A stretch of DNA of 64,000 nt, taken from positions 76,316 to 140,315 of the forward strand of contig DASQFI010000045.1 of NCBI GenBank assembly GCA_035633215.1, given 5' to 3'. Made by a program: the position numbers and the translations under genes. This DNA comes from Vicinamibacterales bacterium. Lineage in GTDB: Bacteria > Acidobacteriota > Vicinamibacteria > Vicinamibacterales > SCN-69-37. Shown here in pieces: positions 1 through 12,038 of this stretch. The stretch's first letter is position 1. The number at the start of each line of letters is the position of its first letter. Below the pieces are notes generated by a model that was not told the origin of the DNA, ran no database searches, and was given only the letters and a program-made list of their open reading frames with translations.

Positions 1-4357
<4,357 letters not shown>

Positions 4358-4390
4358 GTGCGCCAAGTGCGCTAGGATCGATCATTCCGT

Positions 4391-4842
4391 CACAGCGGGC
4401 CAGACGATCGCCGCGCCGGAACGCCGCAAGGCGCGAAGGCGGGGAGGAAAGTCCGAACTCCGCAGGGCAGTGCGCCGGGTAACACCCGGTCGGGGCAACC
4501 CGAAGGACAGTGGCACAGAAAACATACCGCTCACCGTAGCCCGAAGCCCGCAAGGGCGGAGGGCGAAGGTGAGTAAGGGTGAAAAGGTGCGGTAAGAGCG
4601 CACCGCATCTGTCGTGAGGCAGATGGCACGCAAAACCCCGCACGGAGCAAGGCCAAATAGGGAGGCGCCCCGCGCCGGCGTGCAAACGCTGCGCGCGACG
4701 GGAAAGCGGATGGTCCCGTCCGAAGCCTCCGGGTAGGCTGCTCGAGCCCGTCAGCAATGCCGGGCCTAGAGGAATGATCGTTACGCCGGCTCGGCCGCAA
4801 GGTCGCGACGGCGGACAGAATTCGGCTTACGGCCTCGCTGTG
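4391..4842 (+). ncRNA. rnpB: RNase P RNA, bacterial type A
   Basis: Universal motifs GGAGGAAAGTCCG (from ~4443), GGTAAGAGCGCACC (~4590) and ACAGAAttCGGCTTA near the 3' end. P1 pairing between cacagcgggcc (4391-4401) and ggcctcgctgtg (4831-4842). Confidence 0.93.
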
Positions 4843-4857
4843 GCGGAACCTCTTTTA

Positions 4858-4945
4858 GCCGGGGAGCTTCGCTTCCCGGACCCCTCTACTCGCTCGCTCG
4901 CGGGGGCCCCGATGCCCCGCTCCGCTCGCGAGGCGCGCGCCGTCG
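4858..4945 (+). repeat. GC-rich ~85-nt intergenic repeat, copy A of 3
   Basis: By-eye alignment (~80% identity) to 17891-17975 (same orientation) and to the reverse complement of 32805-32889. Shared core GGGGxGCTTCGC...GGACCCC...CTCGCGGGGCCCC...GCCCCGCTCCG. Confidence 0.6.
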
Positions 4946-5009
4946 GCGCGCGTGCAGGAACTCCTTCATATCCTCGAGGCTCCCGGACTGCGGGTACAAT
5001 CGCAAAACC

Positions 5010-6269
5010 ATGCGGAGCAGACTTGTTCAGGCCGGTGTGATCGCGACTGTCGCCGCGGTCGGCGCCGCCATGCTCGTTGCGCAACAGCAGCAGCAGGGCG
5101 GACAGACCACAGGCGGCCAGCAGCAGACCGGCGGCCGCGGCGGTCGAGGCGGCGGCACGCAGGTCCAGCCCGGCCAGGAATGTCCGCCGGGCATGACGAT
5201 GGTACGGCCGGGGAATTGCCAGGCGCCGCAGTTTCCGCCGCCGAGCATCGTCGACTATCGCCCGCGCAACACGCTGGTGACCGCCGCGCACCCGACGCCG
5301 AAAGCCAAGTTTCCCGCCATCGACTACCACGGCCACGCGGGCGGCCGACTCAACACGCCCGAAGGCCTGAACGGGCTCATGGCGGCGCTCGACCAGCTGA
5401 ATGTGAAGCTCTTCGTGGCGGCCGATGGCATCTCCGGCGCCAATCTCGACCGCGTGATGAAGACGCTCGCTGCGTCGCCGCACAAGGACCGTGTCCGGCC
5501 GATGACGACGATCAACTTCAGCAACGTCGGACCGGGGTGGGCCGAGAAGGCCATCGCGCAACTCGAAGCGGACGTCAAAGCCGGCGCGGTCGGCGTGGGC
5601 GAGATCAGCAAGGGTTTCGGTCTGCGCACGCGCAAGCCGGACGGCTCGCTGCTCAAGATCGACGATCCCGAGCTCGATCCCGTGTGGGAGGCGTGCGCCC
5701 GGCTGAACATCCCGGTGTTCATTCACACCGCCGAGCCCCAGGAATTCTTCGAGCCAATCGATTTCAAGAACGAGCGCTGGCTCGAGCTGGCGCTGTTCAG
5801 CGACCGGCGCTATCCGCCCGATCAGTTTCCGCGCTTCGAAGAGCTGATGGCGCAGCGCGATCGGATGTTCAAGAAGCACCCGAAGACCCGGTTCGTCGCG
5901 GCGCACTTCGGCTGGCACGCCAACGACCTGGGGCGGCTCGGGAAGATGCTCGACGCGATGCCCAACGTCTACACCGAAATGGGCGCCGTGCTCTACGACA
6001 TCGGCCGCCAGCCGCGCGGCGCGCACGATTTTCTGGTCAAGTATCAAGACCGCGTGCTGTTCGGCAAGGACGCGTTCGAGCCGAGTGAGTACCCCACGTA
6101 CTGGCGCGTCCTCGAGACGAGGGACGAGTACTTCGACTACTACCGCGACTACCACGCCTTCTGGAAAATGTACGGCGTCGATCTCCCCGACGTCGTCTTG
6201 AAAAAGATCTACTACCAGAACGCGCTGCGGATCACGCCCGGCCTGCCGCAGACCGGCTGGCCGCGCTAG
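5010..6269 (+). CDS. Secreted amidohydrolase-family (TIM-barrel metal hydrolase) protein with Gln/Gly-rich linker
   Basis: Signal-like N-terminus. Low-complexity QQQQQGGQTTGGQQQTGGRGGRGGG. AIDYHGHAGG metal-binding start and HTAEP/AAHFGW motifs typical of amidohydrolase_2. Confidence 0.8.
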   Translation: MRSRLVQAGVIATVAAVGAAMLVAQQQQQGGQTTGGQQQTGGRGGRGGGTQVQPGQECPPGMTMVRPGNCQAPQFPPPSIVDYRPRNTLVTAAHPTPKAKFPAIDYHGHAGGRLNTPEGLNGLMAALDQLNVKLFVAADGISGANLDRVMKTLAASPHKDRVRPMTTINFSNVGPGWAEKAIAQLEADVKAGAVGVGEISKGFGLRTRKPDGSLLKIDDPELDPVWEACARLNIPVFIHTAEPQEFFEPIDFKNERWLELALFSDRRYPPDQFPRFEELMAQRDRMFKKHPKTRFVAAHFGWHANDLGRLGKMLDAMPNVYTEMGAVLYDIGRQPRGAHDFLVKYQDRVLFGKDAFEPSEYPTYWRVLETRDEYFDYYRDYHAFWKMYGVDLPDVVLKKIYYQNALRITPGLPQTGWPR

Positions 6270-6368
6270 AGCCGTTCTCACTTCCCGTAGAGAGCAAAAC
6301 CGACATGGGTCGCGAGACTTTCGGTCGAATCTACCAACTGGCTCGCTACAGGAGAGTGAGAACGGCTC
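6269..6368. repeat. MITE-like 100-nt palindromic element, copy 1 of 4
   Basis: Terminal inverted repeats GAGCCGTTCTCACTTCC / GGAGAGTGAGAACGGCTC, flanked by TA (6267-6268, part of the TAG stop of the upstream gene) and TA (6369-6370). Homologous along its length to 24783-24882 and 29428-29526. Confidence 0.75.
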
Positions 6369-6397
6369 TAATGGCCGGGACCTGTCCACGCCACTAG

Positions 6398-7351
6398 ATG
6401 CCGACGTATCTCGTCACCGGCGGCGCCGGGTTCATCGGATCGCACCTCGTCGCGGAGCTCTTGCGCCGCGGCCAGTCGGTGCGGATTGCCGACAACTTCT
6501 CGACCGGTCTCCGTGTGAACCTGCCCGCGGGCTCGGCCGTCGATCTGGTCGAAGGGGACCTGGCCGACGCGGACGTCGCCCGCCGGGCCGTCGACGGCTG
6601 CACCTACGTCATTCATCAGGCGGCGATCCCCTCCGTGCCGCGCTCCGTGAAAGATCCTGTCGGCTCCAATCGCGCGAACGTCGACGCCACGGTGCAGGTG
6701 CTCGCGGCCGCGCGTGAGGCCGGCGCCAAACGCCTCGTCTTTGCGGGCTCATCGTCGGTGTACGGCAACGCCGCGGTGCTGCCAAAACGCGAAGACATGC
6801 GTCCCGCGCCGCTCTCGCCCTACGCGCTCCAGAAGCTCGTCGCCGAGCAGTATTGCCAGATGTTCACGAAGCTCTACGGCTTCGAGACGGTGACGACGCG
6901 GTATTTCAATGTGTTCGGGCCGCGCCAGCAGCCCGGATCGCCGTACTCGGGCGTCATTTCGCTTTTCATCGAGGCGCTTTCGGAAGGGAAGGCGCCCACC
7001 ATCCACGGCGACGGCAAACAGACCCGCGACTTCACGTACGTCTCAGACGTCGTGGACGGGGTCCTGCGGGCCTGTGAAGCGCCCACTGCGGCTGGGGAAG
7101 TGATCAACGTCGCCGGCGGTGGACGCATCTCGCTCCTCGAAGTGCTGCGCACGCTCCAGACCATCCTTCGCAAGCAGGTCGACGCGACGTTTGGTCCACC
7201 GCGCGAAGGGGACGTGCGCGACTCACAGGCCGACATCCACAAGGCGCGGCAGATGCTCGGCTACGAGCCGCGCACGCCGCTCGAGGACGGGCTGCGGCGT
7301 ACGGTGGAGTGGTACCTGTCGACTGCAGCGCCCACACGGGCCGGTTCGTAG
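6398..7351 (+). CDS. NAD-dependent nucleotide-sugar epimerase/dehydratase (extended SDR)
   Basis: Rossmann motif VTGGAGFIGSH, catalytic YxxxK (SPYALQKLV), length 317 aa. Confidence 0.9.
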   Translation: MPTYLVTGGAGFIGSHLVAELLRRGQSVRIADNFSTGLRVNLPAGSAVDLVEGDLADADVARRAVDGCTYVIHQAAIPSVPRSVKDPVGSNRANVDATVQVLAAAREAGAKRLVFAGSSSVYGNAAVLPKREDMRPAPLSPYALQKLVAEQYCQMFTKLYGFETVTTRYFNVFGPRQQPGSPYSGVISLFIEALSEGKAPTIHGDGKQTRDFTYVSDVVDGVLRACEAPTAAGEVINVAGGGRISLLEVLRTLQTILRKQVDATFGPPREGDVRDSQADIHKARQMLGYEPRTPLEDGLRRTVEWYLSTAAPTRAGS

Positions 7352-7352
7352 C
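7269..7352 (+). repeat. 84-bp direct repeat, left copy (functional 3' end of epimerase gene)
   Basis: Aligns to 8426-8509 at constant offset 1157 with 4 mismatches in 84 (counted by eye). Confidence 0.9.
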
Positions 7353-7541
7353 GAAAGAAATCAACCGCCAGTTGGGCGCCCTCGTGATAATCCCACGGCA
7401 AATCGCGTGGGACTCGGTTGCTAATCTCGCCAAACAGCTGTCTACTCTTGAGGTGGTCGGCTTCGCAGGTCGCGTCGCGTTGTCTAGTGGACCGTACTCG
7501 CTGAAGTACTACCAATGCTTCGGGCGAGTGGGGTGTAGGGT

Positions 7542-8327
7542 TTAGCGAGGCGCGAGCGGCGTAAACCAGAGGTTGATCTGGTCGAGTCGGAGGTACTTGC
7601 CGACAATCGTGTACCCGCGCGCCGCGAAATAATCCAAGATGTGCTGCCGTGTCTGGGGATGTGCTTCGATGCAGACAAGCCGAGGCATGAAGCGCCGCAG
7701 GTCGAAGCCAGCCAACGCCTGCGGCTCTGACAGTTCAATGTCCATCGAAATGAAGTCAATGTTCGTGATTGCCGCAGGTGCCAGTAGGTCGTTCAGGGTA
7801 ATTGTCGGCACCTGTTTTGCGACGAGTGCGTCAGGAGTGTGCTGAGAGGTAAAATCCCGAGTCGCCGACGAGTACTGCTCATACCGCTTGGACACGAACA
7901 TCGTCGCGGTGTCCTCGGAGCGATCGCTGACAAATAAGGCGAAGAACTTCGTATTGGGCCGCGACTTCTGGTAACTGGGCGCGTACGTATCTAGTGCGTC
8001 GATAGCAATGCCAGACTAGCCGAGTTGATCCTCGAGAAAATACGTGTTGCTGCCGACGCGGGCATCCGCAGAGCCGACGTCAAGGAATGTGCCGCCCCTC
8101 CTGTCTTGGAAGAAGTCGCGAATGATCCATTCTTCTGCGTTCTCAGACCATTTCTGCGACCCGTACTTGTCCCGAAGCCACTGGAGATCTCGCGGTGACA
8201 CGAACGACTCGTGGTAATTGAGGACGAAATGGCGGCCGACACCGAAGCCAAGCACGAGCAGGAGGCCGCCAATGCAGGCGACTTCAATGAGGTCAAGGCC
8301 TCGCGATCGGGTCACTTTTTGCCGCAC
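7542..8327 (-). pseudogene. FkbM-family SAM-dependent methyltransferase interrupted by an in-frame TAG (8016-8018)
   Basis: Two track ORFs (8016..8576 and 7542..7901) are in the same frame. Joined reading is ...FLDVGSADARVGSNTYFLEDQLG*SGIAIDALDTYAP...FISMDIELSEPQALAGF...CIEAH. The stop sits where FkbM proteins usually have Trp (TGG>TAG). Likely start is GTG 8327, preceded by AGGAG. Confidence 0.75.
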
Positions 8328-8425
8328 GTTCGCTCCTGCACGCCAGTTTCCGGACCAAGGGCCCACAGGGCGCGCTTTTGTGTTTCGGCCGATTGAGGTA
8401 ACCACTGCAGGCGACGACCGGCGAG

Positions 8426-8509
8426 CGCGCACGCCGCTCGAGGACGGGCTGCGACGTACGGTGGAGTGGTACCAGTCGACTGCGGCGCCCACACAGGCCG
8501 GTTCGTAGC
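8426..8509 (+). repeat. 84-bp direct repeat, right copy (orphan remnant of epimerase 3' end)
   Basis: Encodes ...RTPLEDGLRRTVEWYQSTAAPTQAGS*, versus ...RTPLEDGLRRTVEWYLSTAAPTRAGS* at the end of the intact gene. Confidence 0.9.
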
Positions 8510-8680
8510 CAGCGCCGTCACCTCGGGTTGCCCCACAGCCCGGCTCATCAGTCATTCCGGAAACCACCGGCGTCATTTCCAGCGGCTCGCTCTGAGGGCG
8601 CAGCGGTCATCCGCTCGTCGCGGGTTCGCAAGTCTCCATTCAGCCATCACTTACGCGAGCGATCGACCTGCGCGACCGGT

Positions 8681-8696
8681 TGGCCGCGGCTTTGCC
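8681..8696 (+). promoter_or_regulatory. Candidate sigma-54 (-24/-12) promoter upstream of comEA
   Basis: TGGCcgcggctTTGCc: the GG and GC elements have the canonical spacing of TGGCACG-N4-TTGC. Lies ~170 nt upstream of comEA. Single site, no experimental support. Confidence 0.25.
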
Positions 8697-8865
8697 AGAG
8701 AGTCCTGTGGGATCAGGCCGGCCGAGCGGTAACAGTGCCGACTTCACCACTGCCAACGCGATCGATCCGGTCCTGCTCCCGCTGACTGAGGCGCGGCAGC
8801 GCGTCTATCCCTGATTTCACGCAAGACCGAGGCAGGCGGAGCCCTGCCGGAACGTGGAGAGCATC

Positions 8866-9201
8866 ATGCGCAGGCTGTGTGTGACGGGTGCGATCGCACT
8901 CGTGCTTCTGTTATCCGGACCGTCCCGCGAGTCGCAGGCCCAAACCGCTTCCCAGTCGTCGCCCTCGGCCCAGCCGGCCGCGGCGGCCCTGGTGAACCTG
9001 AACACCGCGACCGTCGCCGACCTGGCCAAGCTGCCGGGCATTGGACCGGCCGTGGCGGCGCGCATCGTCGAGTACCGACAGAAGAACGGCGGCTTCAAGA
9101 AGGCGGAAGAGCTGATGAACGTCAAGGGCATCGGCGAAAAGACCTTCCTCAAACTGAAGCCGCTCGTGACCATCGCGCCGCCGAAGACCACCGAGCGATG
9201 A
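8866..9201 (+). CDS. comEA: ComEA-family helix-hairpin-helix DNA-binding (competence) protein
   Basis: Signal peptide, then LNTATVADLAKLPGIGPAVAARIVEYRQKNGGFKKAEELMNVKGIGEKTFLKLKP. ATG 8866 follows GGAGAG. The track start 8854 is a GTG alternative. Confidence 0.85.
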   Translation: MRRLCVTGAIALVLLLSGPSRESQAQTASQSSPSAQPAAAALVNLNTATVADLAKLPGIGPAVAARIVEYRQKNGGFKKAEELMNVKGIGEKTFLKLKPLVTIAPPKTTER

Positions 9202-9881
9202 CGCTCCGGCGGCGCCACGGAACGCCACTTGACTTGACGTGGTATTCGGCGGCTCTTCAGGAGCGTCGGCGCAGCCGACCACGTCGAGTCAAGTGGGTTC
9301 CGGGATCAAAAAGCGAAGGTTATTCGCTGGTCGAACTCCTGCTTGTGCTGGTCGCGGCGACGACCTTCGTGTCAGTCGCGCTGCCGCTGACGAAGACCAG
9401 CACCGACGCAGGCCGGGCACGACACGCCGGCAGCTTCGTCGCCGCGCGGTTCCGGCTGGCGCGGCAGCAGGCGGTGGCACGGACGGCAACGGTCGGGTTG
9501 GTGTTCGACCTGGTGAACGGCCGATGGCAGGTGCGGGTTTGCGCGGACGGAAACGCGAACGGCTTGCGGCGCGCGGAGATCGCGGCCGGCGTGGATCGAT
9601 GCTTCGAAGGCCCGCACGATCTGGAATCGCTGTTCCCAGGTATCCGTGTCGCGGTGGACAACACGCTCCGAGGCCCAGGCGGCGAACCTCCGTCACCGGA
9701 TCCCGTGCGATTCGGCGCCTCAAACATCGCCAGCTTCTCCGCGTCTGGAAGTTGCACTGCCGGGTCGCTGTTCCTCAGATCTTCGCAGAACTTGCAGTAC
9801 GCCGTGAGAATCGCGGGGGTGACCGGGCGGACCCGGATCCTCAGATACAACTCGGCGACCGGAACCTGGGACGAGATATAG
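9198..9881 (+). CDS. GspH/FimT-family minor (pseudo)pilin with prepilin-type N-terminus
   Basis: Prepilin motif G|YSLVELLLVLV. GspH-like body. C-terminal GRTR (GRxR). ATG 9198 overlaps the comEA stop (ATGA). Alternative TTG start at 9234. The track ORF 8877..9881 upstream of 9198 is out-of-frame read-through of comEA. Confidence 0.75.
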   Translation: MTLRRRHGTPLDLTWYSAALQERRRSRPRRVKWVPGSKSEGYSLVELLLVLVAATTFVSVALPLTKTSTDAGRARHAGSFVAARFRLARQQAVARTATVGLVFDLVNGRWQVRVCADGNANGLRRAEIAAGVDRCFEGPHDLESLFPGIRVAVDNTLRGPGGEPPSPDPVRFGASNIASFSASGSCTAGSLFLRSSQNLQYAVRIAGVTGRTRILRYNSATGTWDEI

Positions 9882-9910
9882 CAGGTTGCTGAAAAAGCCA
9901 GCAACCTGCT
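9880..9910 (+). terminator. 12-bp GC-rich hairpin starting inside the TAG stop codon
   Basis: agcaggttgctg-aaaaagc-cagcaacctgct. No downstream T-tract. The same stem sequence recurs at 26006-26030. Confidence 0.45.
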
Positions 9911-9978
9911 AGGCCGGGTAGCGATGGGCCGACGAATCGCCGGACGGGCGAGCAGGGGAATGCGCTACCCGCGCCCGG

Positions 9979-11058
9979 TTGGAATGGAATGCCGTCGTCG
10001 GGACCGGCAGCGGATTGACGGTTGGCATCACAGTTGAAGCGCTGTTCGCGCTTGGGGGCAGGGCGATGCTCGTGGGTCAGAGTTTGCTGATGAAGGAGCT
10101 GCGCGCGCGACTGGCGCGCATCGCGGACACGAACTTCACGGTGCTCGTGGAGGGAGAGAGCGGCGCCGGAAAGGAGCTCGTTGCGCGCGAGATTCACAAC
10201 GGCAGCCATCGCCATCGAGGGCCATTCGTGGCAGTCAATTGCGCGGCCCTGGTCGAAACGCTTCTCGAAGCCGAATTGTTCGGCATCGAGGATCGGACGG
10301 CAACGGGCGTCAAAGGCCGGCGCGGCAAATTCGAGCTGGCGCACAAGGGCACGCTGTTTCTCGACGAGGTCGGCGATCTCTCGCCAACCGCCCAGGCGAA
10401 GCTGCTTCGCGTGCTCCAGGACTGGTCGATCGAGCGCGTGGGTGGGCAGGCTCCGCATCACGTGGATGTGCGCGTCATCGCCGCCACGAATCGCAGCCTG
10501 AGGACCCTGGTGGACAGCGGACGGTTCCGCGCGGACCTCTACTACCGGCTCGCGGGTGTCGAAGTCTACGTGCCGCCGCTCCGCGCGCGGCGCGACGACA
10601 TTCCTCTGCTCGTCAGCCACTTTGCCGCGGGATATCGGCGGACCCGGTCACTCTCGCTGACCGCTCCCGCGCTCGAGGCGCTCATGGCCTACGACTGGCC
10701 CGGCAATGTTCGGCAGCTTGCACGGGCGCTCGAACGAGCCGTGGCGCTTGCGCCGGGGCCGGCCGTCACGGTGACCGATCTGCCGGGCGAGATCTCGAGC
10801 GACTACCAGGACCTGCTCCGCGAGGTTCCGGCCCGCGACGACTCGCTTCGGGCCTGGAGCAGTCGATACGTGCGGCTCGTCCTCGAGCGGTGTGAGGGCA
10901 ACAAGCGGCGCGCCTGCCAGATTCTGGACATCACGTACCACACACTGCAGTCGCACCTCGACTATGGGTCGCCGCTCGCGAGCGTCAAGCCGAAGGCGGA
11001 TCTGCCATTGCGCGAGCCGACGGCTGAGATGACGCAGCCGTGCGAGCGAACGTTGTAG
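9979..11058 (+). CDS. Receiver-less sigma-54 activator-like AAA+ protein (PspF/HrpS-like architecture) with degenerate GAFTGA
   Basis: Walker A GESGAGKE, Walker B TLFLDEV, R-finger region, C-terminal HTH (CEGNKRRACQILDITYHTLQSHL). GAFTGA position reads RTATGV (nt 10294-10311). Probable start is ATG 10066 (MLVGQSLLMKELR...). Confidence 0.85.
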   Translation: MEWNAVVGTGSGLTVGITVEALFALGGRAMLVGQSLLMKELRARLARIADTNFTVLVEGESGAGKELVAREIHNGSHRHRGPFVAVNCAALVETLLEAELFGIEDRTATGVKGRRGKFELAHKGTLFLDEVGDLSPTAQAKLLRVLQDWSIERVGGQAPHHVDVRVIAATNRSLRTLVDSGRFRADLYYRLAGVEVYVPPLRARRDDIPLLVSHFAAGYRRTRSLSLTAPALEALMAYDWPGNVRQLARALERAVALAPGPAVTVTDLPGEISSDYQDLLREVPARDDSLRAWSSRYVRLVLERCEGNKRRACQILDITYHTLQSHLDYGSPLASVKPKADLPLREPTAEMTQPCERTL

Positions 11059-11213
11059 TGCGCCCGCGTCGCTAAGGGTGGAGGCGGGTACCCCGTGAAG
11101 TCGCCGACGGCCGGATAGCCGGACGCCAGAGTTTCTGGCAGTTCAGACGGATCAGGTTCCGGGACAAGGCCGGGCCGCGATCCGCTTGGTCCGGGTGTCC
11201 CGGACCGGGAGAA

Positions 11214-11978
11214 ATGCTCATGAAAGAGAAAGTGCACGTGATCGCCGCCGCGGCTCTGGTCGCCGCCGCGGTGGTGTCGATCGTTCCCGCGGCCGGTGCC
11301 CAGCAGGTGCCGCTGCAACGGCAAGTCGATGCGCTCACCGGCGCGGAAGTTCGCCTGTATCACGGCGAGCGGCCGGGCAAGGAAGTACGGGTCGAGATTC
11401 AGGATCCCTCCGTCCTGATCCGCAAGGAGATCGTGAACGGCACGTCCGTGACCACGATCGCGTCCGGCACCGAGCGAATCTCACTGGCGCTGAGCCGCCA
11501 CGGGTTCGTGGTCACGAGTGGGGACCAGCGCGTTGACGCGGATCGTGAGCATCCCGATCGCGTCGAGGCCGCGCGCCAGATCGTTGCGCGTTCGAACGCG
11601 GTGAAGCGGGCGACGACGCTGCTTGGCAAACTGGCGGCTGGACCGGTATCGGCGCTCCGTCACACCGCCAGAATCACGCGCGCGACGCTGCTTTCGGCCG
11701 CCGGAGATTCGACCGGCAAGCGTGAGCTGTCGACCTGGGCGCGCGCCGCCCGCGACGAGATCAAAGTGAAGCCGGTCTCGGACGAACAGGGGGGCCCGGG
11801 TCAATGCTGGTACCTCTATGCGCTCGAGGCCATTGCGGCCTACATCGAATACGAGGACTGCATGAACCAGCTCTACTGGTACGAAATCCTCGACATGATC
11901 GGCTGCGCCCTCATCTACGACCTGCGCGCGATTGGCGCGTTCTCGTGGTGGATCACCTGCGTCGGATTCCGCGCCTAG
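11214..11978 (+). CDS. Hypothetical secreted protein with aromatic/Cys-rich C-terminal region
   Basis: Signal peptide (AAAALVAAAVVSIVPAAGAQQ). No motif recognised. C-terminal CWYLYALEAIAAYIEYEDCMNQLYWYEILDMIGCALIYDLRAIGAFSWWITCVGFRA. Confidence 0.6.
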   Translation: MLMKEKVHVIAAAALVAAAVVSIVPAAGAQQVPLQRQVDALTGAEVRLYHGERPGKEVRVEIQDPSVLIRKEIVNGTSVTTIASGTERISLALSRHGFVVTSGDQRVDADREHPDRVEAARQIVARSNAVKRATTLLGKLAAGPVSALRHTARITRATLLSAAGDSTGKRELSTWARAARDEIKVKPVSDEQGGPGQCWYLYALEAIAAYIEYEDCMNQLYWYEILDMIGCALIYDLRAIGAFSWWITCVGFRA

Positions 11979-12038
11979 CTTCGTGACGCGACTCGGGCCG
12001 TCTCCGCAACTCTTCATCGTTTCTTCGGGAGGTCTGTG

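Noticed and set aside
8016-8018. In-frame TAG in the FkbM gene as programmed recoding (pyrrolysine or read-through).
   Set aside because: TAG is used as an ordinary stop by many genes in this window, no pyl genes or recoding signals are visible, and the gene sits in a decaying-looking insert. A nonsense mutation or sequencing error is simpler.
8218-8508. Track ORF 8218..8508 (+) as a real small gene.
   Set aside because: Only its last 27 codons are meaningful, being the duplicated epimerase C-terminus. The remainder is antisense to the FkbM N-terminus and has no start context.
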